DNA from: Octopus bimaculoides
Lineage: Eukaryota
Reading direction: 5' to 3'
NCBI RefSeq assembly: GCF_001194135.2
Contig: NC_068990.1
Span: forward strand, 27,809,238 to 27,873,237
DNA length: 64,000 nucleotides
Of this stretch, positions 1 through 11,184 are shown one piece after another. Made by a program: the position numbers and the translations under genes. The notes below the pieces were generated by a model that saw only the letters and a list, made by a program, of their open reading frames with translations, searched no databases and had not been told where the DNA came from. How positions within the stretch are numbered: the first letter of the stretch is position 1; every line of letters starts with the position of its first letter.

Positions 1-62
<62 letters not shown>
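1..62. repeat. (TG)n microsatellite, probably the internal microsatellite of the adjacent SINE-A copy
   Basis: Pure TG run from the window start, followed directly by SINE-A 3' sequence. Confidence 0.98.
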
Positions 63-66
<4 letters not shown>

Positions 67-260
67 GTATCTTTGTGTTTCTTCCCCACAGCCACTTGAG
101 AAACGGTGTTATGAGTTTACGTCCCCGTAATCTAGCTGTTCGGCAAAAGTGATCAATAGAATAAATACATGACTCATAAGACTGTGGTCGATTTCATTCG
201 ACCAAACCGTCAGCAGGGGTGCGCCCCAGTATGGTTGCAGTCTAATGATTGAAACAAAAG
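63..260 (+). mobile_element. SINE family A, 3' half (ends ...cagtctaatgattgaaacaaaag)
   Basis: Same motif chain (tttacgtccccgtaa...gatagaataa...gtcgatt...ccagcatggccgcagtcaaatgactgaaac) recurs at about 3970-4170, 10255-10420, 16200-16345, 22550-22692, 36720-36810, 42230-42410 and inverted at 56350-56560. Confidence 0.85.
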
Positions 261-299
261 TTACTCATATATATACAGCTTCATTGTCTGCCAAACAAC

Positions 300-735
300 T
301 TGCACACGCAAGTGCTACCAGTTGAGAACTCCGTATACCGGAAACCAGCAAGCGTTTGAGGTCATGAAGAGAGAATGCGCGTCGTTACGGGGCCTAACTC
401 TCGACGGCATCAATGCGCACTGGCTCACTGATGTGAGGCCACTGCTTGCTAGATCAACTGGTTATTATATAGCGCTCAATATTTCTCTAGCCATCGATCA
501 TCGTCTCCTTTTAACCAAATCCAGTGGATAGCCTTCTCCACTGTAGTTTGGATATCACTCATGCTGGCCTTTGTTCTATGATGAGTTAGGCCTAACGATG
601 ACAGCAGTTGTCTCACACTGTGTCCAACAAACCCTCTACATCTGACTTTGATTGGAAAATGCTCCACTTTCCAGCTTGCGTCTACACATTCCTCGAGGAG
701 GTTTATATAATGGTCAATCCTTCGAGCCCGAGCGG
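300..735 (-). mobile_element. 3' end of an R2-superfamily (HERO-like) non-LTR retrotransposon: C-terminus of the restriction-like endonuclease plus 3' UTR
   Basis: Minus frame reads HYINLLEECVDASWKVEHFPIKVRCRGFVGHSVRQLLSSLGLTHHRTKASMSDIQTTVEKAIHWIWLKGDDDRWLEKY*. This matches from memory the W..FP(I/V)EVGCRGF...E.AS.WIW..R....W terminus of HERO-clade ORFs. Confidence 0.75.
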
Positions 736-833
736 CGGTTTTAAGGGGTTAGTTTATTTTCGTCATGACTAGAGTCAGGATTATTTACATTAATTAGATT
801 TGACGGATATTTGTCCTCATTTTGTTTGTTGTT

Positions 834-879
834 AACGCAACGTTTCAGCTGATATACCTTCTAGCCTTCATCAGGTGTC
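834..879 (-). ncRNA. Minimal type-I hammerhead ribozyme motif
   Basis: GACAC-CUGAUGA-A-GGCU(agaagguauauc)AGCU-GAAA-CGU-U^GCGUU. Core intact, palindromic ACGU stem III, stem I with one mismatch. Confidence 0.7.
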
Positions 880-926
880 TTGGGGAAATTTCGAACCTGG
901 GTTTTCCTTCCGAAGGTATTTTTCTA

Positions 927-928
<2 letters not shown>

Positions 929-981
<53 letters not shown>
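929..981. repeat. (TTA)n/(AAT)n microsatellite
   Basis: About 18 perfect trinucleotide units. Confidence 0.97.
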
Positions 982-985
<4 letters not shown>

Positions 986-1322
986 TCACTGCCGGGAATC
1001 GATCTTGGAATCTTGAGGTTAGTAGCCCGCGGTCTTAACCACTACGCCATAGATTCATGTGTGTGTGTGCGTGTGTGTGTGTATGTTTGGGTGTCTGTGT
1101 TTGTCTCCCCCAACATCACTTAACAACCGACGTTNNNNNNNNNNNNNNNNNNNNNNNNNNNNNNNNNNNNNNNNNNNNNNNNNNNNNNNNNNNNNNNNNN
1201 NNNNNNNNNNNNNNNNNNNNNNNNNNNNNNNNNNNNNNNNNNNNNNNNNNNNNNNNNNNNNNNNNNNNNNNNNNNNNNNNNNNNNNNNNNNNNNNNNNNN
1301 NNNNNNNNNNNNNNNNNNNNNN

Positions 1323-1386
<64 letters not shown>

Positions 1387-1889
1387 CAATAACTACGATT
1401 CACACAAAATATAGTTTGTCAGACCCACAGTTGCTGATTGAATATCTTGTCTCACAGATATCTAATTGGCTTGACAAATGTTCCTTTACTGCATTACCGC
1501 ATACGCTATTCTTTTCATTTCAGAAAATCGTAACACATATCAGGCTTGCCTACTCTTTGTAGCATATCGATAACATACGTAGAGGAATCCACGTTCACTT
1601 GTTATTTCAAGTTATTACTAAAATTGTTTAGTCGGATGTTAAAAAGAGATCTACTCTTAGTGATTCCCTTCACATGAGTATAAATAGCATTTCTAAGCAT
1701 ACGGATGTTGTTTTGTAATTACTACCAGCAGATCTCTTATTTAATGTGATTTTCGTCTACTTGCTGGATCATGGGCCCAGAAAGCTGACCGGAAGTACTT
1801 CCTGTATAAGTCTGATGCTTTGCAAAGGTTCTTACAATTGACACTAATCCGTTTTACTTGATATTTTGTTATGCAATAATTCATGATTT

Positions 1890-2230
1890 GTTGCGTTTAT
1901 GATGTGACATCTGCGACAAATTTTGAATGTCATTCTCTTTGACAATATCTCGAATAAAAAATCTCCTACGGCATGCTGTTCTCACTCCTATGATGTAAAA
2001 CTGCATTGATAGAAATTTATGTTGGTTTGCAATACATTCATATTATGGATAGCAACAGACTCCCCACACAACTCCTTTACTCCTAACTATTGAAGAGGAA
2101 AAGAAACTAGGGAAGACCTAGATTGATATTCAAAGATACTGCTAAAAGGATCATGCAGTAGAAAGGAAGTGATTATAAGTGGCAAACTGAAGCGAAAAAA
2201 GCCGACCAGTATTCAGAAAGCTGATCAACT
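1890..2230 (+). mobile_element. RTE-clade LINE, degenerate 3' end of ORF
   Basis: Reads HLRQILNV...DNISN... then IMDSNRLPTQLLYS*LLKRKRN*GRPRLIFKDTAKRIMQ*KGSDYKWQTEA, the typical RTE C-terminus (RM...RLP.QLLY..L..GKR..GRP...D), with stops. Confidence 0.75.
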
Positions 2231-3477
2231 AATGCCAAAGCCATGAACAGTGTCAGTCGCGACGACTCACTACAGAAAATAAGGAATATCATGGATTTTA
2301 GACGAGGCAAATTTTTATTGAGAATAAATATATTCGTTTCTCAATCCACGGCATATAACATAATTCAGTCAGCAAATTTCAATGATTTATTTATGGGCAT
2401 ATTGAAAATACTGACAGAAAATGCCTTAATTTTACTCAACGTGACAAACATTGATATTTATGTGATTGCCGCATTAATATTCGTTGTGAAAATTGCGTCG
2501 ATAATTTGGCGAAAGAAAATTCCAAACACAAGCATATACAACTAACGAAGCTGCAAAAGACATATAAGGAAATATATAGCGGAATTTAACAGATAATGAT
2601 TAAGTGAACTCACAGGACACACACAAACATGTGTGCATGTTTTTCCATATTCATTTATTTATGTATATACGTATGTATGTTTATAGCTGAGTAAACTGGA
2701 GCAGACGTGAAACGGAGTGCTTGGATCAAAAACACAACACACTGCCGATCTGAGAATCGAAACAACGTAAACGCACGCCTACACATATATACTGGAACTG
2801 TATATTCTTTCAGCAATATATACCCATGGAAATGATCAACAGAGCCAAGAACAATTTAGAACATTACTTCCAAACAGAGATGTTTGTTCTATTTGTTCAA
2901 CACGCAATTACCAAACATTTCATTGTAAAACTCGCCCTTAGAAAGATCATCGACTTTTCTTTGGTTCATTTGGAAACATGAAACAGACGATGCCATTGGT
3001 CACCAAATGCCATAAACACCGTGAAACCAGTTCTTTGAAAATAGGAGTATGTTCATTAGATTCTATTGAATACATTTACTGTCTTTATTTCAAATTTGTA
3101 AAACCACTGAAATGCATAATGGATCATTGTAAGATATTATTTCAAGAAAACGTAACGAGAATTTAGATCCTCAACCTGAATGTATCGCTGTGGTCATCAA
3201 TGTACCACAGAAATTTGAAATAACATAGAGAATTGCAAAAATAGCACATATTTGAGGAGGGAGGTTATTGGAAAATACAAACCAAGATCGACTACCGACT
3301 TTTATTGCATTAAAGCAGATCCCCTTCTTTCCGAATTTACTCGGATGGACCCTCACAGCCATTTGAGATTTTAAAAAAATCATATTGTGATATCATAAGT
3401 AAATATTATTAGGAATTGTATAGAAAAACAAAACATCGTTAAAATGTATTGTGTATTTTAGAAATATAACCAATTAT

Positions 3478-3690
3478 TTTCTACTCAAGGCACAGGACCC
3501 GAATTTTGGGGGGAAGGAGGCCAGTAGATTAGATCGACCTCAGTACGCAAGTGGTACTTAGTTTATCGACCCTGAAAGGAAATAAGGCAGAGTCGACCTC
3601 AACGGAATTTGATCTCTGAACGTAAGACAGACGAAATATTGCTAAGCATTTCACCCGGCGTGCTGACGATTCTGCCAGCTCGCCGCCTTA
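3478..3690 (-). mobile_element. SINE family C (tRNA-derived head, possible Meta-type central domain)
   Basis: Minus strand begins GGCGGCGAGCTGGCAGAATCG and contains gtcgactctgccttatttcctttcagggtcgataaactaagtacca. Homologous copies at 9815-10025, 26610-26695, 26880-27110, 59515-59680 and 63570-63730. Confidence 0.8.
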
Positions 3691-3934
3691 ATACAGTCAA
3701 TTTATTGAACATAAACTTTAATAACAAAATCTAATATGGAGCCCGGTTGAAAACCACAGCATTAAAGCCTTTGTGTAATTTATTTTCGCGGACTGCCTAC
3801 TCAGAGTAGGCAGTTGGCGACCTTTATGTAGTAAACCACACAAAAACAAAATCGAAACACAGATATGTGACTGAGTTGAAGGCAGATTTACTTCTGCCTT
3901 TATAGCGCGTAAAGAAAACGTTATATATATATAC

Positions 3935-4170
3935 GTGTGTGTGTGTGTGTGTATGTGTGTATGTTTGTGTGTCTGCGTTTGTCCCCCCACTATCGCTTGA
4001 CAACCGATGTTTGTGGGTTTATGTTCCCGTGAATTAGCGGATCGGCAAAATGAGTCCGATAGAATAAGTACTAGGCTTACGAAGAATAAGTCTTAGAGTT
4101 GATTTGTTCAACTATGGGCGGTACTCCATCATGGCTACAGTCAAAGGACTGAAACAAGCAAAGGAATATA
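3935..4170 (+). mobile_element. SINE family A, (TG)n plus 3' half
   Basis: atcgcttgacaaccgatg...gatagaataagtactaggctt...cagtcaaaggactgaaacaag. Confidence 0.85.
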
Positions 4171-4639
4171 TAATCCCTTCTTACCAAAATATTGCACTTT
4201 GGCATACATTATGTATTATTTAATTCTGGATTTATATCATTCACCGAGACCCCATTCACAGATTTCGCGTTCTATTAATCATTCCAGTAATTTGCTTCCA
4301 TTTCTATGTGCTAACCAAGAATTAGGATCACTCTTCAACACAAACATACACAGACACAGACATAGACACACACACACACACACCCACACACACACACTCA
4401 GACACACACACACACGCATACACACACCCTCAGACACACATCTGATATATATATATACATGCATACATAAATATACATATATAGACATACATGCGCACAT
4501 AAATATACATATATATATATATACATACATACATATATATATATATATATGTATGTATGTATACATATATGAGCATGTGTATAATGTCTCCGTATCACAT
4601 TTCAACGCAACAGTCGGAGAACATCTAACCTATAAACAA

Positions 4640-5075
4640 TGCTAATATAAGCTATATTGACCTTAATTTTGCTGTGGGCACTCCAACTGAGACTGTTATC
4701 AACAATTACTCCTAGGTCTCTGGTATTATTAGATGTTGTGAGCGGTTTCCCGTGAAGGAAGAGAGCATAGCTGTTTTAGTATAGTCTCTCTTCCAACGTG
4801 CATCAACTCAAAATTTTCCCTCGTTTAGCTGCAATTTGTTTTTGTTTGCCCATTGACTCACAACATATCGATCAGACTGGAGTTGAGTTCGGTCTTCTTC
4901 ATTGATGATTTTCTGGAGCTTAGTGTCATCAGCCAATATTTTCACTTCGCAGTGATTTACGACGCTGGAATGGTCGTTTATGTAGATTATAAAGAGGAGC
5001 GGGCCTAAGACATTGCCCCGTGGGACACCACCGGTGACTTCTGCTGAGTTTGAGTGGACTCCATCGACCACAACC
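4640..5075 (-). mobile_element. CR1-clade LINE reverse transcriptase fragment
   Basis: ORF 4808-5071 reads GVPRGNVLGPLLFIIYIND...ILADDTKL...LQSD...QWANKNKLQLNEGK (RT motifs GVPQGSVLGPLLF and YADD). It continues with RDLGVIVDNSLSWSAH at about 4710-4660 and is truncated by the gap at 5091. Confidence 0.9.
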
Positions 5076-5702
5076 TATATATATATATATNNNNNNNNNN
5101 NNNNNNNNNNNNNNNNNNNNNNNNNNNNNNNNNNNNNNNNNNNNNNNNNNNNNNNNNNNNNNNNNNNNNNNNNNNNNNNNNNNNNNNNNNNNNNNNNNNN
5201 NNNNNNNNNNNNNNNNNNNNNNNNNNNNNNNNNNNNNNNNNNNNNNNNNNNNNNNNNNNNNNNNNNNNNNNNNNNNNNNNNNNNNNNNNNNNNNNNNNNN
5301 NNNNNNNNNNNNNNNNNNNNNNNNNNNNNNNNNNNNNNNNNNNNNNNNNNNNNNNNNNNNNNNNNNNNNNNNNNNNNNNNNNNNNNNNNNNNNNNNNNNN
5401 NNNNNNNNNNNNNNNNNNNNNNNNNNNNNNNNNNNNNNNNNNNNNNNNNNNNNNNNNNNNNNNNNNNNNNNNNNNNNNNNNNNNNNNNNNNNNNNNNNNN
5501 NNNNNNNNNNNNNNNNNNNNNNNNNNNNNNNNNNNNNNNNNNNNNNNNNNNNNNNNNNNNNNNNNNNNNNNNNNNNNNNNNNNNNNNNNNNNNNNNNNNN
5601 NNNNNNNNNNNNNNNNNNNNNNNNNNNNNNNNNNNNNNNNNNNNNNNNNNNNNNNNNNNNNNNNNNNNNNNNNNNNNNNNNNNNNNNNNNNNNNNNNNNN
5701 NN

Positions 5703-5990
5703 TCTCTATGAAAAGATTCTCCTTGTTGATTCTTTCTATATCGGACAGACAAGCCTCCCATTACGTAGAAGAGTAGCTGTCCATAAGGAACAAATAAACC
5801 TCCCTCAATACCGCCAAATTCCACTCAGTGGCCACATAGACTCTTGCGCCAGAAACAAAAACCCTAAATTCATTATATTCCCTTTCTATCAATGTAAAGA
5901 CAGAATCTCCACACAAGAAAGAATCAACAAGGAGAATCTTTTCATGGAGAAATTCCAACCATTTCTTAACACACACACCCCTCAGTGACC
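5703..5990 (+). mobile_element. Penelope-like element, GIY-YIG endonuclease C-terminal half
   Basis: FYIGQTSLPLRRRVAVHKEQINLPQYRQIPLSGHIDSCARNKNPKFIIFPFYQC...ERINKENLFMEKFQPFLN has the YIGQT..L..R...H, H...C and E...I..F.P.LN motifs. Confidence 0.85.
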
Positions 5991-6519
5991 TTATTCCTCT
6001 ATGAACAGACACAAACTTCCTGTTGGAAAAATGTTTGCGATTCCTCAGAAACCTATCGGTAAAAAAAGACAATCTACTTAGTAGGAGGTATTTACCCAAC
6101 GTCAATAGATTTCATAACCGCTGACCAAAGCTACCCTGATATAATACACTACATATACAAAGAGGCTGCATTGCTTTTTATTGAATTGCTGGAAATTGAG
6201 CTGCGTGGTAGATAAGCAGTTGATTCATCCACCCACGAGGTTTCATATTGTATAACTTCCCAAATATCCATTTAACATAAAAACCGACACGCTATGTGGA
6301 TCATAATGAAAGGCAAAAATGGGGAAAAGATAGAAGAAAGTTTGTGATATCTGACACAACGTGCTATGGTGTGCACTACAAACAATATACACAGTAGTAA
6401 AAACTGAAGTGACGACAATAATTGAAATCATGCATATACATACAAATATATTAATATACATACATATATAAATATATATATATATATTTACATATACATA
6501 TAAACGTATAAATATAAAT

Positions 6520-6560
<41 letters not shown>

Positions 6561-6605
6561 CATATATATATACATATACATATTCACATATATATGTATA
6601 TATGC

Positions 6606-6640
<35 letters not shown>

Positions 6641-8114
6641 CATATATTTACATATATATATATATATAACGTAATATAATATAATGCAATATATGTATAG
6701 GTACACACGCACACACACACGCATATATATTATATGTATGTACATACACATACAGACACGTGCACGCACACACATACACTCACACACCGCACACGTATAT
6801 ATAACTGACGACATTGTGTTAAGTTAATTTTCTTTCAATTACGAAATAACATCATTTTGCTTCGTGTTTGTCAAATATTATCCGATCATATTTATTGTAA
6901 TGTCATAAAGAATTAAGCTAGTTAGATCGACTATCCTTGTATGGGAACAAACAGAGACACACACATACAAATACGCACACACATACCCTGCATCCATACA
7001 ACTGTACACCCGTACGCCCACCCCCACACATGAACAAACCCACAATTCTTAGTGTCCCTTGGTTTGAAGATAATAATGAGACAATTTTATTTGGTTCAGC
7101 TCTTATACATTCAACCATTGCTTCTAAATGTTTTTTTCTATAATATATATATATATATATATANNNNNNNNNNNNNNNNNNNNNNNNNNNNNNNNNNNNN
7201 NNNNNNNNNNNNNNNNNNNNNNNNNNNNNNNNNNNNNNNNNNNNNNNNNNNNNNNNNNNNNNNNNNNNNNNNNNNNNNNNNNNNNNNNNNNNNNNNNNNN
7301 NNNNNNNNNNNNNNNNNNNNNNNNNNNNNNNNNNNNNNNNNNNNNNNNNNNNNNNNNNNNNNNNNNNNNNNNNNNNNNNNNNNNNNNNNNNNNNNNNNNN
7401 NNNNNNNNNNNNNNNNNNNNNNNNNNNNNNNNNNNNNNNNNNNNNNNNNNNNNNNNNNNNNNNNNNNNNNNNNNNNNNNNNNNNNNNNNNNNNNNNNNNN
7501 NNNNNNNNNNNNNNNNNNNNNNNNNNNNNNNNNNNNNNNNNNNNNNNNNNNNNNNNNNNNNNNNNNNNNNNNNNNNNNNNNNNNNNNNNNNNNNNNNNNN
7601 NNNNNNNNNNNNNNNNNNNNNNNNNNNNNNNNNNNNNNNNNNNNNNNNNNNNNNNNNNNNNNNNNNNNNNNNNNNNNNNNNNNNNNNNNNNNNNNNNNNN
7701 NNNNNNNNNNNNNNNNNNNNNNNNNNNNNNNNNNNNNNNNNNNNNNNNNNNNNNNNNNNNNNNNNNNNNNNNNNNNNNNNNNNNNNNNNNNNNNNNNNNN
7801 NNNNNNNNNNNNNNNNNNNNNNNNNNNNNNNNNNNNNNNNNNNNNNNNNNNNNNNNNNNNNNNNNNNNNNNNNNNNNNNNNNNNNNNNNNNNNNNNNNNN
7901 NNNNNNAGAAGATTTGATTGATGGAACTGAATGAAGGTTGTTGTAAATATATATATATATATATATATATATCGCTTGACAATTGCCGGTTGTTTGTTTA
8001 CCTGTCCGATAAAACAATACTTGGCTTTAAAAATTATAACGGCCCGTGGTCGATTCCAGCGAGTAAATCCCGTTATGACGTCGCCCCAGCATTACAGCAG
8101 TCACGTGGCACTCA

Positions 8115-8310
8115 GTCGGTTACGACGACACGGGTTTCAGGTGATCCGAACCACGGAACAGCCTGCTCGTGAAATTAACGTGTAAGTGGCTGTGCACTCC
8201 ACAGACACGCGTACACTTAACGTAGTTCTCGGGGAGATTCAGCGTGACACGGAGTATGACAAGGCTGGCCCTTTGAAATACAGGTGTAACAGAGACAGGA
8301 AGAAAGTGTG
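8115..8310 (-). mobile_element. SINE family B, 3' part, ending in a (GATA)n run
   Basis: acggaacagcctgctcgtgaaattaacgtg...cagcgtgacac...ccctttgaaatacagg, nearly identical to 34330-34470 and 22695-22830. Confidence 0.85.
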
Positions 8311-8316
8311 ATAGAT

Positions 8317-8378
<62 letters not shown>
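8311..8378. repeat. (GATA)n tetranucleotide microsatellite
   Basis: About 16 units. Confidence 0.95.
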
Positions 8379-9814
8379 GCTAGTCTCGGGTACATCTTGC
8401 TCATTGCGAATTGTGGGTTTTACCTTTATTCTATATGGCAAAAAAGAAAAGTATTATTTTTACCTGATTGGAATTTAGTTAAATAATTGCGAGAAAAAAA
8501 TATAATGAAACAATTGATTTTCACATTATTATCAATTAGTCGCTATGTTTGTTAGAACTTACCCTGAACAAAACTTATCAAAAACATTCTTCAGAATATT
8601 CCCTATGAAGCTCATATATTAGTCCGTCAGATAGCTCCATTCGACAATTAGTCCCATTTTTTTTTTCCCCACAGACACATTATTTTCCTCAGTTTCTTCC
8701 AAATTTCAAAAGCGATAGACAATGATGTACATATAAAACGGTGCTATACAAACTCATAAACCACCATGATAAAAATAATTCGCTCAACCTTGGAATGTAA
8801 CGATCGAATTTATATGACAAACCAATATGTCATAAGTGGGCTACATCTACGTGTCTTTTAGTTTTTCCTCCATTTTACAATTCCATTTACTACTGTAAAT
8901 ACCTTTTTTTTTTTTTTACCGAATTATAGAGCTCTCTGATTATTTTGTATTCTACATATATGGCACCGAATGACTTTCACAATACATTGCATAATAACTA
9001 TCTTGAAGGTATTTCTGAAAACCACGCAAAAAAATGTACTAATTAAAATAATTTGTCTAGCTTCCCATTGTTATTTAATCAAAATATACACAAGTTTATG
9101 TCTGAATATATATANNNNNNNNNNNNNNNNNNNNNNNNNNNNNNNNNNNNNNNNNNNNNNNNNNNNNNNNNNNNNNNNTCTTATATATATATATATACAC
9201 ACTTCTTTATAATGGTGCTTGATACAATATAGCAATATATCCTAACTGCCGTATTAGGGATGCGTACATAAACACACACACAGGTGCGCGCTCACACTGA
9301 TGTACACACACATACATATATGCATATACATATTCATACATACATTTGTATATACATACACACACACACAATAAAATAATGAAGTAACACAAAACCTATT
9401 GCTTTAGTTATACCATATTTCCTTTGCACGGCGTTCAGAAATACTTTAAACATGTCTGTTACAAAATGTCTTGCGAAAAGTCATTCGGTGCCTCATATTC
9501 AGAATAGAATATAATGAAAGAAACATTAAACTTTGCCCCCGCCCCTCAAAAAAAATCACTTAGTGTTGTGAGTAATTATGTAAAATAGTAGAAGACAAAC
9601 TAAACGAAAATTAGTGTTTCAGCACATTGTGACTATATTCAAGTTATATCATTTGAATTTCACTTGTTTTAATCATGTGACCGTGACCATGCTGGGGCAC
9701 CACCTTGAATGTGAAGAAATCGGACCCCGTACATTTTCTTCCCAAGTATCTCTGTTTTTTTTTTTTTTATCGAACAGCTAAATTACAGGGACGTAGACAA
9801 ACCCATACTTATTT

Positions 9815-10025
9815 ATTTCTTTACTGCCCACAAGGGGCTAAACATAGAAGGAACAAACAAGGACAGACAAAGGAGATTAAGTCGATTACATCGACCCCAA
9901 GGATTAATTGGTACTTATTTAATCGACCCCGAACCGATGAAAGGCAAAGTCGACCTCGGCGGAATTTGAACTCAGAACGTAACGGCAGCCGAAATACTGC
10001 GAGGCATTTAGCCTGGCATCAGACA
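9815..10025 (-). mobile_element. SINE family C copy
   Basis: gtcgattacatcgacccc...tcgaccccgaaccgatgaaaggcaaagtcgacctcggcggaatttgaactcagaacgt. Confidence 0.8.
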
Positions 10026-10254
10026 CTTTCAATCTACCGAATCCACTCGCAAGTCTTATAGTTCGGTCGTGAGATATATTAGAATACCCTTGCCCAAGAT
10101 AGCACACAGTGGAACAGAAAGAGATAGCCTGTCTTTAGGGAAGCAACCATTTTATCACAAGGCCATTCCAGCACCCGCAAAATTAATATTTAGAATTATT
10201 CGGAAACATAGCTCCAGGGTAAAGAAGCTCGTTTTGTCTGCTTCCCCCTCCCCA

Positions 10255-10420
10255 CCATCGCTTGACATCGGATGCTGGTGTGTTTACGTCCCCGTAAGAG
10301 CCCGATAGAATAAGTATTAGGCTTAGAAAGAATAAGTCCTGGGGTCGATTTGTTCGACTAAAAGGTGGTGCTCCAGCATGGCCGAAGTCAAATGACTGAA
10401 ACATGTAAAAGAATAAAAGA
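10255..10420 (+). mobile_element. SINE family A, 3' half
   Basis: ccaccatcgcttgac...gtttacgtccccgtaa...gtcctggggtcgatttgttcgactaaaaggtggtgctccagcatggccg. Confidence 0.85.
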
Positions 10421-10454
10421 AAAGAATAAAAGAATTGATTTATCTCTATTTTCT

Positions 10455-10540
<86 letters not shown>

Positions 10541-11184
10541 GATTGAAAGATTACCATGTATGTGTATATATAGATATGTGTGTGTATGTGTGTGTCTCTG
10601 TGATCCTCCATCTCTCTCTCGTTTTTCTGTGATTCTTCTGTTGTCAACAATGACCTACTTCTGTGATTTTGCTGATCCAGAATTTAACAAATTGCCCTTT
10701 TCTCTCCGACCATTCGCCCTGAGTGACCTTTTCTTCGCATCGCATGTTTTCTCCTTTCCAACAGTCGTTCCAACTCTGCAAAAAAGGACAACAAAATGAT
10801 GGTGCGTTTGATGCGTGGTTGCATTTACTCAGTCTTTCGTAATATACTTGCACTGAACATCAGATATCAGTATAGACAGATGAAAATATATTTTTTTTAT
10901 GCTTCTAACCTCAAAATTCTAAGTAAAATGTTGCCTATATACTAAGAGAAGCGGCAAATTCATATCAGATTCGAATTAATAAACACTTTTCAGGTGTAAA
11001 TTGTTCAATTTCTTGTGGAAATAGTGAAGGTGGAATTATTAAATAAATGTGCGAATGTAATTACGCCAGCATTATCGAAAACATTCACTTTAAACTGAAT
11101 TCTCCAGACACAACATACTTGTAACAGTAAAGCATTGCAGTATTTATCTTCACATTCACTCACACAAATGAGGAAACAAACAAA

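Larger units (their letters stand above)
775..1050 (-). mobile_element. SINE-like element: tRNA-derived head, then (AAT)n, then a body carrying a hammerhead ribozyme motif
   Basis: Minus strand: A box TGGCGTAGTGG (about 1049-1039), B-box-like GATCGATTCC (1004-995), (AAT)n at 981-929, body with HHR core at 879-834. The body recurs at 41715-41870 (+). Confidence 0.75.

Noticed and set aside
985-1050. Functional tRNA gene (also 34590-34658, 22890-22962, 55277-55350)
   Set aside because: A and B boxes are present but a full cloverleaf with acceptor stem is not; all are attached to repeat bodies, so they are SINE heads.
6803-6850. CTGACGA...CGAAA motif
   Set aside because: Weak stem II and no stem I or III.
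10765-10880. Strong-looking splice acceptor (ttttctcctttccaacag) and following sequence as an exon
   Set aside because: No recognisable peptide in any frame and no clear donor.
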